A stretch of 64,000 nucleotides of DNA from Bacteroidales bacterium (GCA_028709215.1 JAQVXI010000007.1:513-64512), one strand, 5' to 3'; counted from the first letter of the stretch, positions 10,437 through 20,589 are shown. A program made the numbers and translations. The notes: generated by a model not told the origin, from the letters alone.

Positions 10437-11612
10437 ATGAAACATTTTCTCCTTTTCATCGCTGTTTTTTTATCATCAAACACGTTTGCCGCATCGGATG
10501 AAGCCCCCTTTTCCATTCGAATGGCCACATCGCAGATGCAACGATTCCCGGAAGCATGGCGTATGGAAAACCCCAAAGGTTTGCGCTGGAATTATACCTA
10601 CGGCCTGGTTCTTCACAGTCTTTTGGATGTACACGATCGCTATACTCGTCCGGATATGTTTGATTACGCCTTAGACTATGCCGATACGTGTGTACAAGAG
10701 GATGGAAGCATCATCAATTACAAGGTGACCGCCTATAGTCTGGACAGAGTCCTGCCCGGTCGAATCCTATATCGCATCTACGAACAAACGAAGGACCCGA
10801 AATACAAAAAAGCCATGGATCGGATTCGCAGCCAATTTGACAGCAATCCGCGCAACCCGGATGGAGGCTTCTGGCATCGGCCCAACTATCCACACCAAAT
10901 GTGGCTGGATGGCTTGTATATGGCTCAACCATTTATGGCAGAATATTGCCTTCGACACAACCGAGTGAACGATTATCAAATACCCATTCATCAATTACGC
11001 TTGGTTGGTAAACACACGTATGAACCGGAAATGGATCTTTTCAAGCATGGGTACGACGACTCCAAGACAGAAGCATGGGCCGATCCGATCACCGGTCGCT
11101 CCAAACACTGTTGGGGACGCGCGATGGGCTGGTACGCCATGGCTGTTGTGGATGTGTTGGAATTCACTCCCATCCACGAACCCGGACGCAACGAACTCGT
11201 GCAACTGCTGCAACAATTGGCCAATCAAATGAAACGCCACCAAGATAAAAAAACGGGTGTCTGGTATCAGGTCATCGATCGAAGTGGAGAGAAAGGCAAC
11301 TATTTGGAGTCATCCTGCTCCAGCATGTTCACATATACGTTGCTAAAAGGAGTACGCCTGGGTTACTTGGACCGTTCCTATTTAAAAACAGCAAAAAAAG
11401 CCTACAAAGGCCTTCTTAAACAATTTATCCGCACGGATGCAAACGGGTCACTCTCCATCACGAACTGCTGCGCAGTTGCCGGTCTGGGCGGAGAGAAAGT
11501 CTACCGAAGCGGTACCTTTGAATACTACATCAGTGAACCCGTCATTGACAACGACCTCAAATCGGTCGGTTCGTTTATCAAAGCCAGCTTGGAAATGGAA
11601 TTAATTCGATGA
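10437..11612 (+). CDS. Glycoside hydrolase family 105 (unsaturated rhamnogalacturonyl / glucuronyl hydrolase, YteR-like)
   Basis: 391 aa with a signal peptide. Motifs WNYTYGLVL, GGFWHRPNYPHQMWLDGLYMAQPF and CWGRAMGWYAMA are typical of the GH105 (alpha/alpha)6 fold. Confidence 0.8.
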   Translation: MKHFLLFIAVFLSSNTFAASDEAPFSIRMATSQMQRFPEAWRMENPKGLRWNYTYGLVLHSLLDVHDRYTRPDMFDYALDYADTCVQEDGSIINYKVTAYSLDRVLPGRILYRIYEQTKDPKYKKAMDRIRSQFDSNPRNPDGGFWHRPNYPHQMWLDGLYMAQPFMAEYCLRHNRVNDYQIPIHQLRLVGKHTYEPEMDLFKHGYDDSKTEAWADPITGRSKHCWGRAMGWYAMAVVDVLEFTPIHEPGRNELVQLLQQLANQMKRHQDKKTGVWYQVIDRSGEKGNYLESSCSSMFTYTLLKGVRLGYLDRSYLKTAKKAYKGLLKQFIRTDANGSLSITNCCAVAGLGGEKVYRSGTFEYYISEPVIDNDLKSVGSFIKASLEMELIR

Positions 11613-14413
11613 ATATGAAACGTATTTTTAGTCTGATGATCGTTTACCTATGGGTGGCGGGAGCGTTTGCAGAAGTCATCAAAGTCGACTTTAATATGTC
11701 CGGTCGCTCCGAACAAGAAGTCAATGAACCCAATTACATTCCATGGGTTGTCGGGAGTCAACCGACAGAAACAAAACAATTTGGAACGGTACGCATCACG
11801 CTCAACGTTGTTCACCCAATCGGAGATGCGCTGAAGACAGGTTGGGTGAAAGCCAACATCGGAAATCCCTATTACGCTCGGCTTGTTAGTGATGGCGTCA
11901 CCACCAGCTCCATTCAAGGTGGTGACATCGAAATGCGAATCAGCGGCCTTCCGATGGGATCCAACAGCATTCAAACATACCACAATACCTGGAATGGGCC
12001 GACTGCCAACGACTTCTGCCCCATCAATGTCTATGTAAATGGCATTCTAACGCACGCAAATGTGCATCGTAGCAACCGGGCGCTTCGTTCCTCCGACGCC
12101 ACCAGGCTGTTTACAACCTTCGAAGTAAGCAATCCGGCAGAAGAAACGGTTCTTCTTTTTGAAAGCGTCAAAGACTTTGTAGCAGAAGACGGTAAAACCG
12201 CAGAAATAAATGTCTGCATAAACGGATTTGAAATCGGTGTTTCCGATGCCGCAAACCAAGCACGAAACCCACTGCCTGCCGATCGGGATTTCCATGCAAA
12301 CGCAGATTCCGGTCAACTGACACTGCGTTGGTCACCGGCTCCATCCGCCGTAGAACACCGTTTATATATCGGGACCGACTCCAGTCAGATTGCATCGATC
12401 AAAACCGGGGATTCCGGATACAAAGCCCGACAATCCGCAGAAGATACCAGTTATGTGTTCACGGACGTCTACAGTCTTAACACCTATTACTGGCGGATCG
12501 ATGAAGTGCATTCCTCCGGCGAAATAACCCAAGGAAACATCTGGCGATTTCGGCCCAGACAATTGGCCTTTATCGGTGCAGAAGGTTATGGTCGTTTTTC
12601 AACCGGAGGCAGGGGCGGTGCTGTAGTCGTTGTCAGCAATCTAAATGACGACGGTCCCGGAAGCTTTCGGGAGGCCATCACCAACGACATCGGCCCACGT
12701 ACCATTGTATTTAACGTCTCAGGAATTATTTCATTAAAATCCAGACTAACCTGTTCCTCAAAATACGTCACCATTGCAGGGCAAACGGCTCCGGGTAAGG
12801 GCATTTGTATCCGATCGGCTCCCTTTGGCCTGGGCTCTGAAAGCATCTTGCGTTTCCTTCGCGTACGACTGGGAGGCGGGCAAACCTACGACGGTTTGGG
12901 CATGGCCGGAGCCAATCACAGCATCATAGATCATTGCTCCGTCAGTTGGACCATCGATGAAGCGTTCAGTTCAAGAAATTCCAAAAACATCACCCTTCAA
13001 AAGACGCTGATTTCAGAAGCGCTCAACATCGCAGGACATCAAAACTATCCGGAAGGTACTGCTCATGGGTACGCAGCGACGATTGGAGGAGACATTGGAT
13101 CGTTTCATCACAACCTCCTGGCTCATTGCTATGGCCGCAATTGGAGCTTGGGTGGAGGACTGGATGGAGCCGGATATTATGCCGGACGCTTGGATATTTT
13201 CAACAATGTTGTCTATAATTGGGGAAGTCGTGCGACAGACGGTGGCGCCCACGAAGTCAATTTTGTGAACAACTACTACAAAAAAGGACCGGCCACGACC
13301 CAATTTTATCTATTAAAAGCCGATTTGGAAGGAACCGGTAAAGGCAGCCAAAGCTATTACTATGCAGGCAACCAAATGGCATCACAAGCCGGCAACCTGC
13401 TTTACGACGGCAGCAACAATACCCTGGGACGAACGTACACCACATCGAACGGGCAAATTGTAGACTGGCAAGTGTTTGTCAACCAAGCATTCTTCCCATC
13501 GTACGCCTCCATACAGTCTGGACAACAGGCCTATCGAAACGTGTTGACCGATGTGGGCTGCAACCGGCCCGTTCTGGATGATCACGACAAACGAATCCTG
13601 CAGGAAACCGCTTCCGGAACATACACATACACAGGAAGTAAAAGCAAGCTGGGCGGCATCATCGACGACGAATCGGAAGCAGGAGGTTACGAAGCCTACC
13701 CGGAAATCAGTCGTTCTGAAGATTTTGACAGCGACTTGGACGGATTGCCCAACTGGTGGGAACTTGTGCATGGAAGCAACCCCCATTCTGAGAAAGGCGA
13801 TTATGCGGATAGCAATTCCGACGCGGACAAAGACGGATTTACCATGCTGGAAGACTATTTGGAATGGATGTCACATCCGTCGATGCACATCCAAATCGGA
13901 AAACCAGACACCTTGGATCTGACCGATATCAATCCTACGTTAAACAGTTCATGTCTTTTTAGCGTGGTTTCCACCGAAAACCTACAGGCCACCCTGACAG
14001 GAAGCAAACTCATCGTAAGCAGCAAGCGTCAACAACAAGGGATTGATTACCTGGATGTTCGGATCCAACACCCGGATCAGCTGCAATCAAACCTGCGCAT
14101 CTCGTGCCTTACGCTTGACGCAACGGCATCCACCAATTCGATTAGCCAAAAAGGCCCAATTAGAATCCGATCGGTCGAAACCGCTTCCTGCTTACACATT
14201 ACCTTGGAATCTCAACTGATTGGAGAAGCCCAATGCAGCATTACAACCACAGATGGCAAGTCGCTCTATAAACAAAGCATTCAACTATATGAAGGAATCA
14301 TGCCATTGGAGATTCCTCTATCAAGGGTACGTACCAATGGCATGCTGATTCTTCAAATCCTGCCCCGAGATCAAAACACGGAGCCTTTTACGGAGAAATT
14401 GCTTATTTTGTAA
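11609..14413 (+). CDS. Multidomain secreted pectate-lyase-like protein: PL1-like beta-helix core, Ca-binding thrombospondin-type-3-like repeats, possible T9SS C-terminal domain
   Basis: 934 aa, with an ATGA overlap onto the GH105 stop. Signal peptide. Core motifs GGRGGAVVVVSNLNDDGPGSFREAI, VTIAGQTAPG, IIDHCSVSW and HHNLLAHCYGRNW...FNNVVYNW resemble PL1. DSDLDGLPNWWE and DSNSDADKDGF repeats. The last ~80 aa are weakly CTD-like and end in KLLIL. Confidence 0.6.
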   Translation: MNMKRIFSLMIVYLWVAGAFAEVIKVDFNMSGRSEQEVNEPNYIPWVVGSQPTETKQFGTVRITLNVVHPIGDALKTGWVKANIGNPYYARLVSDGVTTSSIQGGDIEMRISGLPMGSNSIQTYHNTWNGPTANDFCPINVYVNGILTHANVHRSNRALRSSDATRLFTTFEVSNPAEETVLLFESVKDFVAEDGKTAEINVCINGFEIGVSDAANQARNPLPADRDFHANADSGQLTLRWSPAPSAVEHRLYIGTDSSQIASIKTGDSGYKARQSAEDTSYVFTDVYSLNTYYWRIDEVHSSGEITQGNIWRFRPRQLAFIGAEGYGRFSTGGRGGAVVVVSNLNDDGPGSFREAITNDIGPRTIVFNVSGIISLKSRLTCSSKYVTIAGQTAPGKGICIRSAPFGLGSESILRFLRVRLGGGQTYDGLGMAGANHSIIDHCSVSWTIDEAFSSRNSKNITLQKTLISEALNIAGHQNYPEGTAHGYAATIGGDIGSFHHNLLAHCYGRNWSLGGGLDGAGYYAGRLDIFNNVVYNWGSRATDGGAHEVNFVNNYYKKGPATTQFYLLKADLEGTGKGSQSYYYAGNQMASQAGNLLYDGSNNTLGRTYTTSNGQIVDWQVFVNQAFFPSYASIQSGQQAYRNVLTDVGCNRPVLDDHDKRILQETASGTYTYTGSKSKLGGIIDDESEAGGYEAYPEISRSEDFDSDLDGLPNWWELVHGSNPHSEKGDYADSNSDADKDGFTMLEDYLEWMSHPSMHIQIGKPDTLDLTDINPTLNSSCLFSVVSTENLQATLTGSKLIVSSKRQQQGIDYLDVRIQHPDQLQSNLRISCLTLDATASTNSISQKGPIRIRSVETASCLHITLESQLIGEAQCSITTTDGKSLYKQSIQLYEGIMPLEIPLSRVRTNGMLILQILPRDQNTEPFTEKLLIL

Positions 14414-14777
14414 CGAATTCGATTGATTCGACTTCAATCTCAACACCTTCCAACAGATCGTAATCGACCTCACCGGTCAAAAGGAGTTCGGTTTTTTCAT
14501 CAAACGGTCTGTTCGGAAGATTCTTTTTACTGATTTCGACCCGTATGCGACCGGTTTGATCTTGAAACCAATAATCCTTGTTTCCGATCTGCTCTACCAC
14601 AAATCCTTTCAAGCGGACAACCGCATCCGTACGATCCAATTTAATGGCAGAATCCTTAACAGATTGAACCGTATGCAAACTGCCTTTGGCTCCTTCTCCA
14701 ACAAATTGTGCCACAACGTTCCATGACACCAAAGAGACGATGGTCAACACCATCAGATAACGCAACATTCGTTTCAT
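14403..14777 (-). CDS. YgiW/YdeI-family periplasmic bacterial OB-fold (BOF) protein
   Basis: Start chosen at MKRMLRYLMVLTIVSLVS (signal peptide). The mature part aligns by eye with E. coli YgiW: TVQSVKD...VRLKGFVVEQIGNKDYWFQDQTGRIRVEI...LTGEVDYDLLEGVEIEVESIEFV. Confidence 0.85.
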   Translation of the reverse strand: MKRMLRYLMVLTIVSLVSWNVVAQFVGEGAKGSLHTVQSVKDSAIKLDRTDAVVRLKGFVVEQIGNKDYWFQDQTGRIRVEISKKNLPNRPFDEKTELLLTGEVDYDLLEGVEIEVESIEFVTK

Positions 14778-14788
14778 CGTTGTATTTT

Positions 14789-16033
14789 TTAATTGTTTAT
14801 ACTGCAAAAATACACCTCAAATCTGTAGAGATTCTGGAGATTCTGAATTTCCAGCCGAAAACCGTACAATTGACAAATTTCCTGAACAATATACAACCCC
14901 AGCCCCATATTTCCTGTTTTTCCTTTTGCATACCGACGCGTCAGTTGCTGTGGATTTTCTATCGAAGCGTCTCCAGTGTTTTCTACACACAAACATTGAT
15001 CCGATAGGAAAACACGAATTTGTCCCTGATCGACGTTGTGTTTAACCGCATTTTTAACGAGGTTTTCAACCAGTATATCCGCCAAACCCGGATCCATTCG
15101 AAGCACGCAAGCGTGCAACTCCTGTGACAGCGACAAGGATCTCAACTCAATGGCTTCCTGAAACAACCGCAATGTACGCTCTACAACGCGGAGCATATCC
15201 ACGTCCGCTGCTTGTTCGTACTCCCAGTTTCCAATACGACTCAACAAAGCGAGTGAACGTTGCGTTTTGGACAGTCGCATCAACGACTGATACACTCGAC
15301 TCAATTGTTCCATCTCACGTTGATCCCGATTGGATTGATTGAGCAATTGTTCCATCGAAGTACGCATGACAGCCAAATGAGTTTGCAGTTCATGCGATAA
15401 ATTCTCGGAAAATTCCTTGTTGTGTCGGAAATCCTCTTTCGCCTTGCGCAACAACCGATCCAAGGTTGTATTTAAACGAGCAAATTCATCGATATCTGTA
15501 ACCGGTAACACGGGCAAAGGCTCCGACAGCTTAAACGCATTCAATCGATGGAGGGTCTGATAGAACGGTTTCCATATGCGCTGATTTACTCCACTCAGCA
15601 TCAACCAGACCATCAGGCCAATCAAGAAGACCAAACCCAATACAATCCAAACAGTCCCCTGTACAACATCATCCCTACCCGGCAATAAATGCCTTAACAC
15701 GACGACAAACGATTGCCCCTTATGTATCAGCGGAAAATGCAATTCCCGATACGGAACCAATTCGTTATCCGCCGGCTCCAAGATCAGCGTATCCCGGTAA
15801 AAGGCCTGACTCAATGCAACATCCGGAAACAATGCAGCGATGCGATGATCGTCCGGAAGTTGGTCATAGCGTTGGTGGTACAACACGATGCGATCCATTT
15901 CGTATCCCAAATATTCATCTGCCTCCTCGTACGAAATGTACTGAATCATCCAGTAACTGAACAGGCTACCCAACAAGAGCACCGGCAACAGGCCCAAGAC
16001 CGTTCTACGATAGGTGTGTTGAAGCAATTTCAT
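14789..16033 (-). CDS. Two-component sensor histidine kinase (two TM helices, periplasmic sensor domain)
   Basis: 414 aa. H-box SHELQTHLAVM, N-box LVKNAVKHN, G-boxes ENTGD and GLGLYIVQEI. ATGA overlap with the response regulator stop. Confidence 0.9.
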   Translation of the reverse strand: MKLLQHTYRRTVLGLLPVLLLGSLFSYWMIQYISYEEADEYLGYEMDRIVLYHQRYDQLPDDHRIAALFPDVALSQAFYRDTLILEPADNELVPYRELHFPLIHKGQSFVVVLRHLLPGRDDVVQGTVWIVLGLVFLIGLMVWLMLSGVNQRIWKPFYQTLHRLNAFKLSEPLPVLPVTDIDEFARLNTTLDRLLRKAKEDFRHNKEFSENLSHELQTHLAVMRTSMEQLLNQSNRDQREMEQLSRVYQSLMRLSKTQRSLALLSRIGNWEYEQAADVDMLRVVERTLRLFQEAIELRSLSLSQELHACVLRMDPGLADILVENLVKNAVKHNVDQGQIRVFLSDQCLCVENTGDASIENPQQLTRRYAKGKTGNMGLGLYIVQEICQLYGFRLEIQNLQNLYRFEVYFCSINN

Positions 16034-16707
16034 ACATCAATCCATTTATAACCAATGCCATACACCGATTTTATGGGATCACCACCCTCGTATCCTGCAA
16101 TTTTCTTTCGAATATTCTTGATGTGTGAATATAGAAAATCGAACGAATCAGCCAAATCCATGTGATCACCCCAAATATGTTCCGCCAAACTTTCTTTGGT
16201 CATGACTCGATTGGGGTTGCTCATCAAGAATACGATCAGATCGTATTCACTTTTGGTCAAATCCAGTTCTTGACCCTTACAACGTAGGATACGCGTATCA
16301 AAATCGACCGTAAAACTCCCTGAAACGAACAGATTACTACCATTGGAGATGCGACGTCTCAAGATGGATTTGATACGGGCAGATAACTCAGCCATATCAA
16401 AGGGTTTGGTCAAATAGTCGTCTGCTCCTACCTCCAGCCCCTCAATTTTTTGTTCCAGTGCATTTCGGGCAGAAACGACAATGATCCCGGCATCCGGTTG
16501 TACCGATTTGCACATACGGATCAAATCAAGTCCATTCCCATCCGGTAAATTGATATCAATCACAGCAACATCGTAACGGTAGAGATCAATTTTCTCCAAA
16601 CCCGTTTCGAACGTTGCTGCAGATTCACATCGATAGCCCAGTTCGGTCAACTGTTCTACCATCCCTTGCCGCAAGGAATCCTGATCTTCGACAACCAACA
16701 ATTTCAT
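16030..16707 (-). CDS. OmpR/PhoB-family response regulator (receiver plus winged helix)
   Basis: 225 aa. MKLLVVEDQ, phospho-acceptor context VAVIDINLPDGNG, LTKPF, and a C-terminal winged helix ending YGIGYKW. Confidence 0.9.
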   Translation of the reverse strand: MKLLVVEDQDSLRQGMVEQLTELGYRCESAATFETGLEKIDLYRYDVAVIDINLPDGNGLDLIRMCKSVQPDAGIIVVSARNALEQKIEGLEVGADDYLTKPFDMAELSARIKSILRRRISNGSNLFVSGSFTVDFDTRILRCKGQELDLTKSEYDLIVFLMSNPNRVMTKESLAEHIWGDHMDLADSFDFLYSHIKNIRKKIAGYEGGDPIKSVYGIGYKWIDV

Positions 16708-16731
16708 GCGTGCAAGGTAAAAAACATTTGT

Positions 16732-19700
16732 CTAATTTCCTCGTTTAACCAACTTGGCTGTAAAGCTTGCACTGCGTTGGCTTCCTTTTATGTCCAAACG
16801 ACAGAAATAAATCCCAGCAGGCAATTCATTGCCACGTGCATCTGTTGCAGACCATTGCACACGATGACGTCCCGATGTTTGCCACTCAGCAACCGGTCTT
16901 GCTACAACTTGTCCGGTAATACTGAACACGGTTAGATCGACACGGGCATCGGCTTCCAGGGTATAAAGCAACTCTGTGCCATATTGGAACGGATTGGGCA
17001 CATTTCCTTCAAAGGCATCGTTCCATATCCGCTCTGAGGTTTCTGAACTAACGACACTAGCCTGGTCGTCTTTACCCGGTGAACCACCGATATCATAGGA
17101 GGCTCGCCATGTATGAGCCAGGTTCTGATCTTCGTATGGATTTGCATGGACCGGCACGAGTGAATAACCCATTCCATCGGCCATCGTCGTCCATCCGTTG
17201 GCATCCTCATACGCAGTCTGCATCAAGGGTACATCATCCCAACGCATCAAACGCAAGGTTTCTCCACTGTTGCTCAACTGCCCATCATACTCCCCATCCG
17301 GAAACAGGTTGTAGCGATCATAGAATGCCCGCTCATTGCTGGATAAAACAACAAAGGAATCCGGTAGAAGCGAATGTCCATCGGGGAAGGCAAAGGAAAC
17401 ACCCATATCAAAATACAAGCCGCTAAGATCCAATGTAGCCTTGCCCGTATTCTTTAATTCAATAAACTCATACTCCGTATCGGTCAAGGAGTCCGATCCG
17501 AGTGGGTGATACTGAATTTCCGTCATTTTCAAATCATTGTAATCTGCTGCAATGCGCAACGATCGATCGGTCATTGCACTCCAGCTTCCGTTGGAATAGG
17601 ATCGCGCTTTGATATGAACGGAATGCTCCAATTCAAAAGAACCCGCATAAAACGAAGCGGTTTCGGAGACACGCTGGTTGGTGATGCGTTGATTTCCGGC
17701 CAGCAATTTAGGCAACAACAGAAAATCAGAACTTCCGGTATTTTTATTGAGTCCATGCAATGCCAAGACATTCTTTCCTACGCGGAGATGCTTGATGGAT
17801 TCCGTCAGATCGATCTCGACCCAACCGCTGGCCACATTGGCCTCCGGTGCACTTGCATTCCAGTTTAAGACCGCCGGTATATTGCTTGAAGTTACCTGAA
17901 CGCCATTAAGATAGGCTGCAAAACCATCGTCGTATTGAATCAACAACCTCAAACGCTCTATCTGTGACAAGACCGTATCGGCTATTTCAAAAGGCACGCG
18001 TAGATAGCAGGTGGTATTGGGATTGACGGCCGAACTACTCATCTGGTTCCTCAAATCGTGCGAGATCAACGCCAACATCGATGCATTGGAAGAATACCCT
18101 ACTCCTCCGGGAGCTCCCAAGACCAATCCCCACGAAGCATCATCGTAAGCAAGGTTGCGCCAACTCGTCCCAATGTCGGAGCTTGGTACCAGCACGCGCT
18201 TATCAGACTCCTGTGCAACCAACGTCCATTCTTTGGTCGGCAGGTTGCTTGCACTCCAGTCTATCGGATCCGTTCCATCCAACGTGTATACAATCTGTCC
18301 TTCTCCAACCGTCAACTCTACCGCATCTCCTACATCGTACGTTTCCTCCGTAGGTGCAATGCCGTTGACACGAATTTCGGGTGCCGAAACCGATGGAAAA
18401 TACCCAACGTTCGTTAATTGTTTGACAAAGATGTCCGTGCGTTTGGGGAAATACTCGGTCTCCATATAAGTCTGTCTTGGATTCCAAAAATCCGGGACAT
18501 TATACAGATAAGCGGCATCGTTTCCGTAATTGAAGACATCTCTGCGGTTGTCTCCCCACCGAGCCGCTTCGGCATGCATGGCCTTTCGGATCTCATCACT
18601 GCGCTTAAACCAGATTGCGGCCGTATTTTCGGGAGTCAACAACCCACCGTTGTAACAATGCTTTTGGACACGATCCTGAAAACGTCTTTTAAACGTCGGA
18701 TTCGTCATTAACTTTTGAAGCAGTTGCGTCGGACTGTTGTTGTTGACCGCCGAGACGCGACTGTCGTTTACGTATTCCAGCATATTTTCGGCATCCCAGC
18801 ACATAAATTGAAAGCCCTTTCCCGGATTCACCCGATTGTACATGGCCACCCAATTGTGACCATCCCAATCGGTATTACCTCCATAAAAATTGACCAACAT
18901 ATAGTCAATAAAGTTGTCCATATCGACCAATGCATTTGCATCGGGATTTCGGGTTCCATCCGGAAAATTACCCATGAGTTGCTGATATACGTCATTTGTA
19001 ATGCTTGGTTTTTGGGCCAAGCCGAACAAATAACGCATCATTGTGGAGTTGCCGTCAACTACCTCCGTATAGCTGTTTTTGATTACGTCAAAATCATCCT
19101 CCGAACCATCCAAATAGGCTTCGGCAAAATCTTTATCAAGGCGTTCCGAAGGCGCATAGACTCCCCAGTACAAACCATTGATGTACAAATGAACAAATGC
19201 GGATGTGGGAGAGGCGTGCCCCATGGCACGATGCATATCCTTGGCCCAAATATCGGATTGATTGGAGCTAATCACCCGGTCACTGTGTGCCCAATGGGTC
19301 CAGGAATCACCAAATCCGGCACGTAAGACGAGTTTGTTGTGCTCCGTATTGCTGCCGTCAGAGAAAAGCGGAAAATCCCATTTTTTACTGCCGTACTCGT
19401 CTTTGAACAGGACGATAAAACTGTGCTTGGGGTTCTTTTCGTTCAGACGGCTTGCCTGACCTTGCATGCGAATGCCGCAATCGATCTGCGAATGCAAGCC
19501 GCGCTTGGAATCAATCAATTCAAACGAAATGGGACGTTCCCAACCCGAACCATACCCACCGTAGGGGCCTGTATAAATATAGATCCCCCCTAGAACGGGA
19601 TCTTTTTCATGAGAAAACAGATGATTGGCATCTGTAACCAACGATAGCGTCGGAAGATCCCGTAAGCCTTCACGTATCCGCTCCGCCTCGGCCGGATCGG

Positions 19701-20589
19701 AGGTCAATTCCGGATCCATCTCATAGTCAGCAGGTAGCAGTCCCGTCAATTTGGAATCCGAGAAAGGCCCCCATTCTGCCGGATAACCCGGGATACTGTT
19801 GGGCTGGTTGACCACATCGTCCGGAAAAATATAGCTCTGTGTCACAACCCGGCTGGATAGCCAGCCTTCCTTTTCAAGAACAGCTCGAACAACGGTTGTT
19901 GTTTGAATGGGAATGAGGCCATTGTAAATGCTCCCATTGGTCGCAGAAGGCGTGCTCCCATCCAATGTATAACGAATATTCGCACCAGACACCGGATTGA
20001 CGATGGCCAGTTGAAACGGGGTCTCAAACAAACCACGTGGCGTATCAAAGGAAGGTACCGGCAATTGCAATTCCCCAATGGATTCCGGTTCTGATCCGGG
20101 ACTGGGTACGGTCATATACACATACTGCCCCTCCACAAAACCGTACGACACATCGGTATATTGTTCGGGATAAGCCGGATAGAAACGGCTTTTAAACTGA
20201 CCCTGGGCATCCAGCAGGGCTAGATACTCTCCTCCGGCAGTCAGCTTGAAGTTGCTATGCAAACCGGACGGATTGCTTTTTCGATTTTTATCGGAAGCAA
20301 AAACGATCAAACAGCCTTTTGCCGGAATTTGCACCTCCGGAAATACCCATTTTTGGTTATCGTTGACATCATCCGTCAACACCCAACCTTGCAGCGATAC
20401 CGCGATTTCACCGGAATTGTACAACTCAATCCAATCCGAAAAATCACCATCTTCATCCGAAAGCGTGGACGCGTTTGAAGCCATAAACTCGTTGATTCGT
20501 ACATCTTGGGCATTTAGTTGCCCGGCAACCGGGCAAAAGAGCCCGCATAGGAGTATCAGTCCCAGAAAAAAGGTGTTGTGTCGTTTCAT
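16732..20589 (-). CDS. Giant secreted CotH-family protein with two lamin-tail domains, Fn3-associated/chitobiase-C-like modules and a T9SS C-terminal sorting domain
   Basis: 1285 aa with a signal peptide. LTD motifs at both ends (VRINEFMASN...DWIELYN...L.GW.L.D and LKMTEIQYHP...EFIELKN). CotH core (FVHLYINGLYWGVYAPSERLDKDFAEAYL, NFIDYMLVNFYGGNTDWDGHNWVAMYN, FMCWDAENML). C-terminus PNPFQYGTELLYTL...VFSITGQVV...LPAGIYFCRL...AKLVK is a typical T9SS CTD. Confidence 0.8.
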   Translation of the reverse strand: MKRHNTFFLGLILLCGLFCPVAGQLNAQDVRINEFMASNASTLSDEDGDFSDWIELYNSGEIAVSLQGWVLTDDVNDNQKWVFPEVQIPAKGCLIVFASDKNRKSNPSGLHSNFKLTAGGEYLALLDAQGQFKSRFYPAYPEQYTDVSYGFVEGQYVYMTVPSPGSEPESIGELQLPVPSFDTPRGLFETPFQLAIVNPVSGANIRYTLDGSTPSATNGSIYNGLIPIQTTTVVRAVLEKEGWLSSRVVTQSYIFPDDVVNQPNSIPGYPAEWGPFSDSKLTGLLPADYEMDPELTSDPAEAERIREGLRDLPTLSLVTDANHLFSHEKDPVLGGIYIYTGPYGGYGSGWERPISFELIDSKRGLHSQIDCGIRMQGQASRLNEKNPKHSFIVLFKDEYGSKKWDFPLFSDGSNTEHNKLVLRAGFGDSWTHWAHSDRVISSNQSDIWAKDMHRAMGHASPTSAFVHLYINGLYWGVYAPSERLDKDFAEAYLDGSEDDFDVIKNSYTEVVDGNSTMMRYLFGLAQKPSITNDVYQQLMGNFPDGTRNPDANALVDMDNFIDYMLVNFYGGNTDWDGHNWVAMYNRVNPGKGFQFMCWDAENMLEYVNDSRVSAVNNNSPTQLLQKLMTNPTFKRRFQDRVQKHCYNGGLLTPENTAAIWFKRSDEIRKAMHAEAARWGDNRRDVFNYGNDAAYLYNVPDFWNPRQTYMETEYFPKRTDIFVKQLTNVGYFPSVSAPEIRVNGIAPTEETYDVGDAVELTVGEGQIVYTLDGTDPIDWSASNLPTKEWTLVAQESDKRVLVPSSDIGTSWRNLAYDDASWGLVLGAPGGVGYSSNASMLALISHDLRNQMSSSAVNPNTTCYLRVPFEIADTVLSQIERLRLLIQYDDGFAAYLNGVQVTSSNIPAVLNWNASAPEANVASGWVEIDLTESIKHLRVGKNVLALHGLNKNTGSSDFLLLPKLLAGNQRITNQRVSETASFYAGSFELEHSVHIKARSYSNGSWSAMTDRSLRIAADYNDLKMTEIQYHPLGSDSLTDTEYEFIELKNTGKATLDLSGLYFDMGVSFAFPDGHSLLPDSFVVLSSNERAFYDRYNLFPDGEYDGQLSNSGETLRLMRWDDVPLMQTAYEDANGWTTMADGMGYSLVPVHANPYEDQNLAHTWRASYDIGGSPGKDDQASVVSSETSERIWNDAFEGNVPNPFQYGTELLYTLEADARVDLTVFSITGQVVARPVAEWQTSGRHRVQWSATDARGNELPAGIYFCRLDIKGSQRSASFTAKLVKRGN

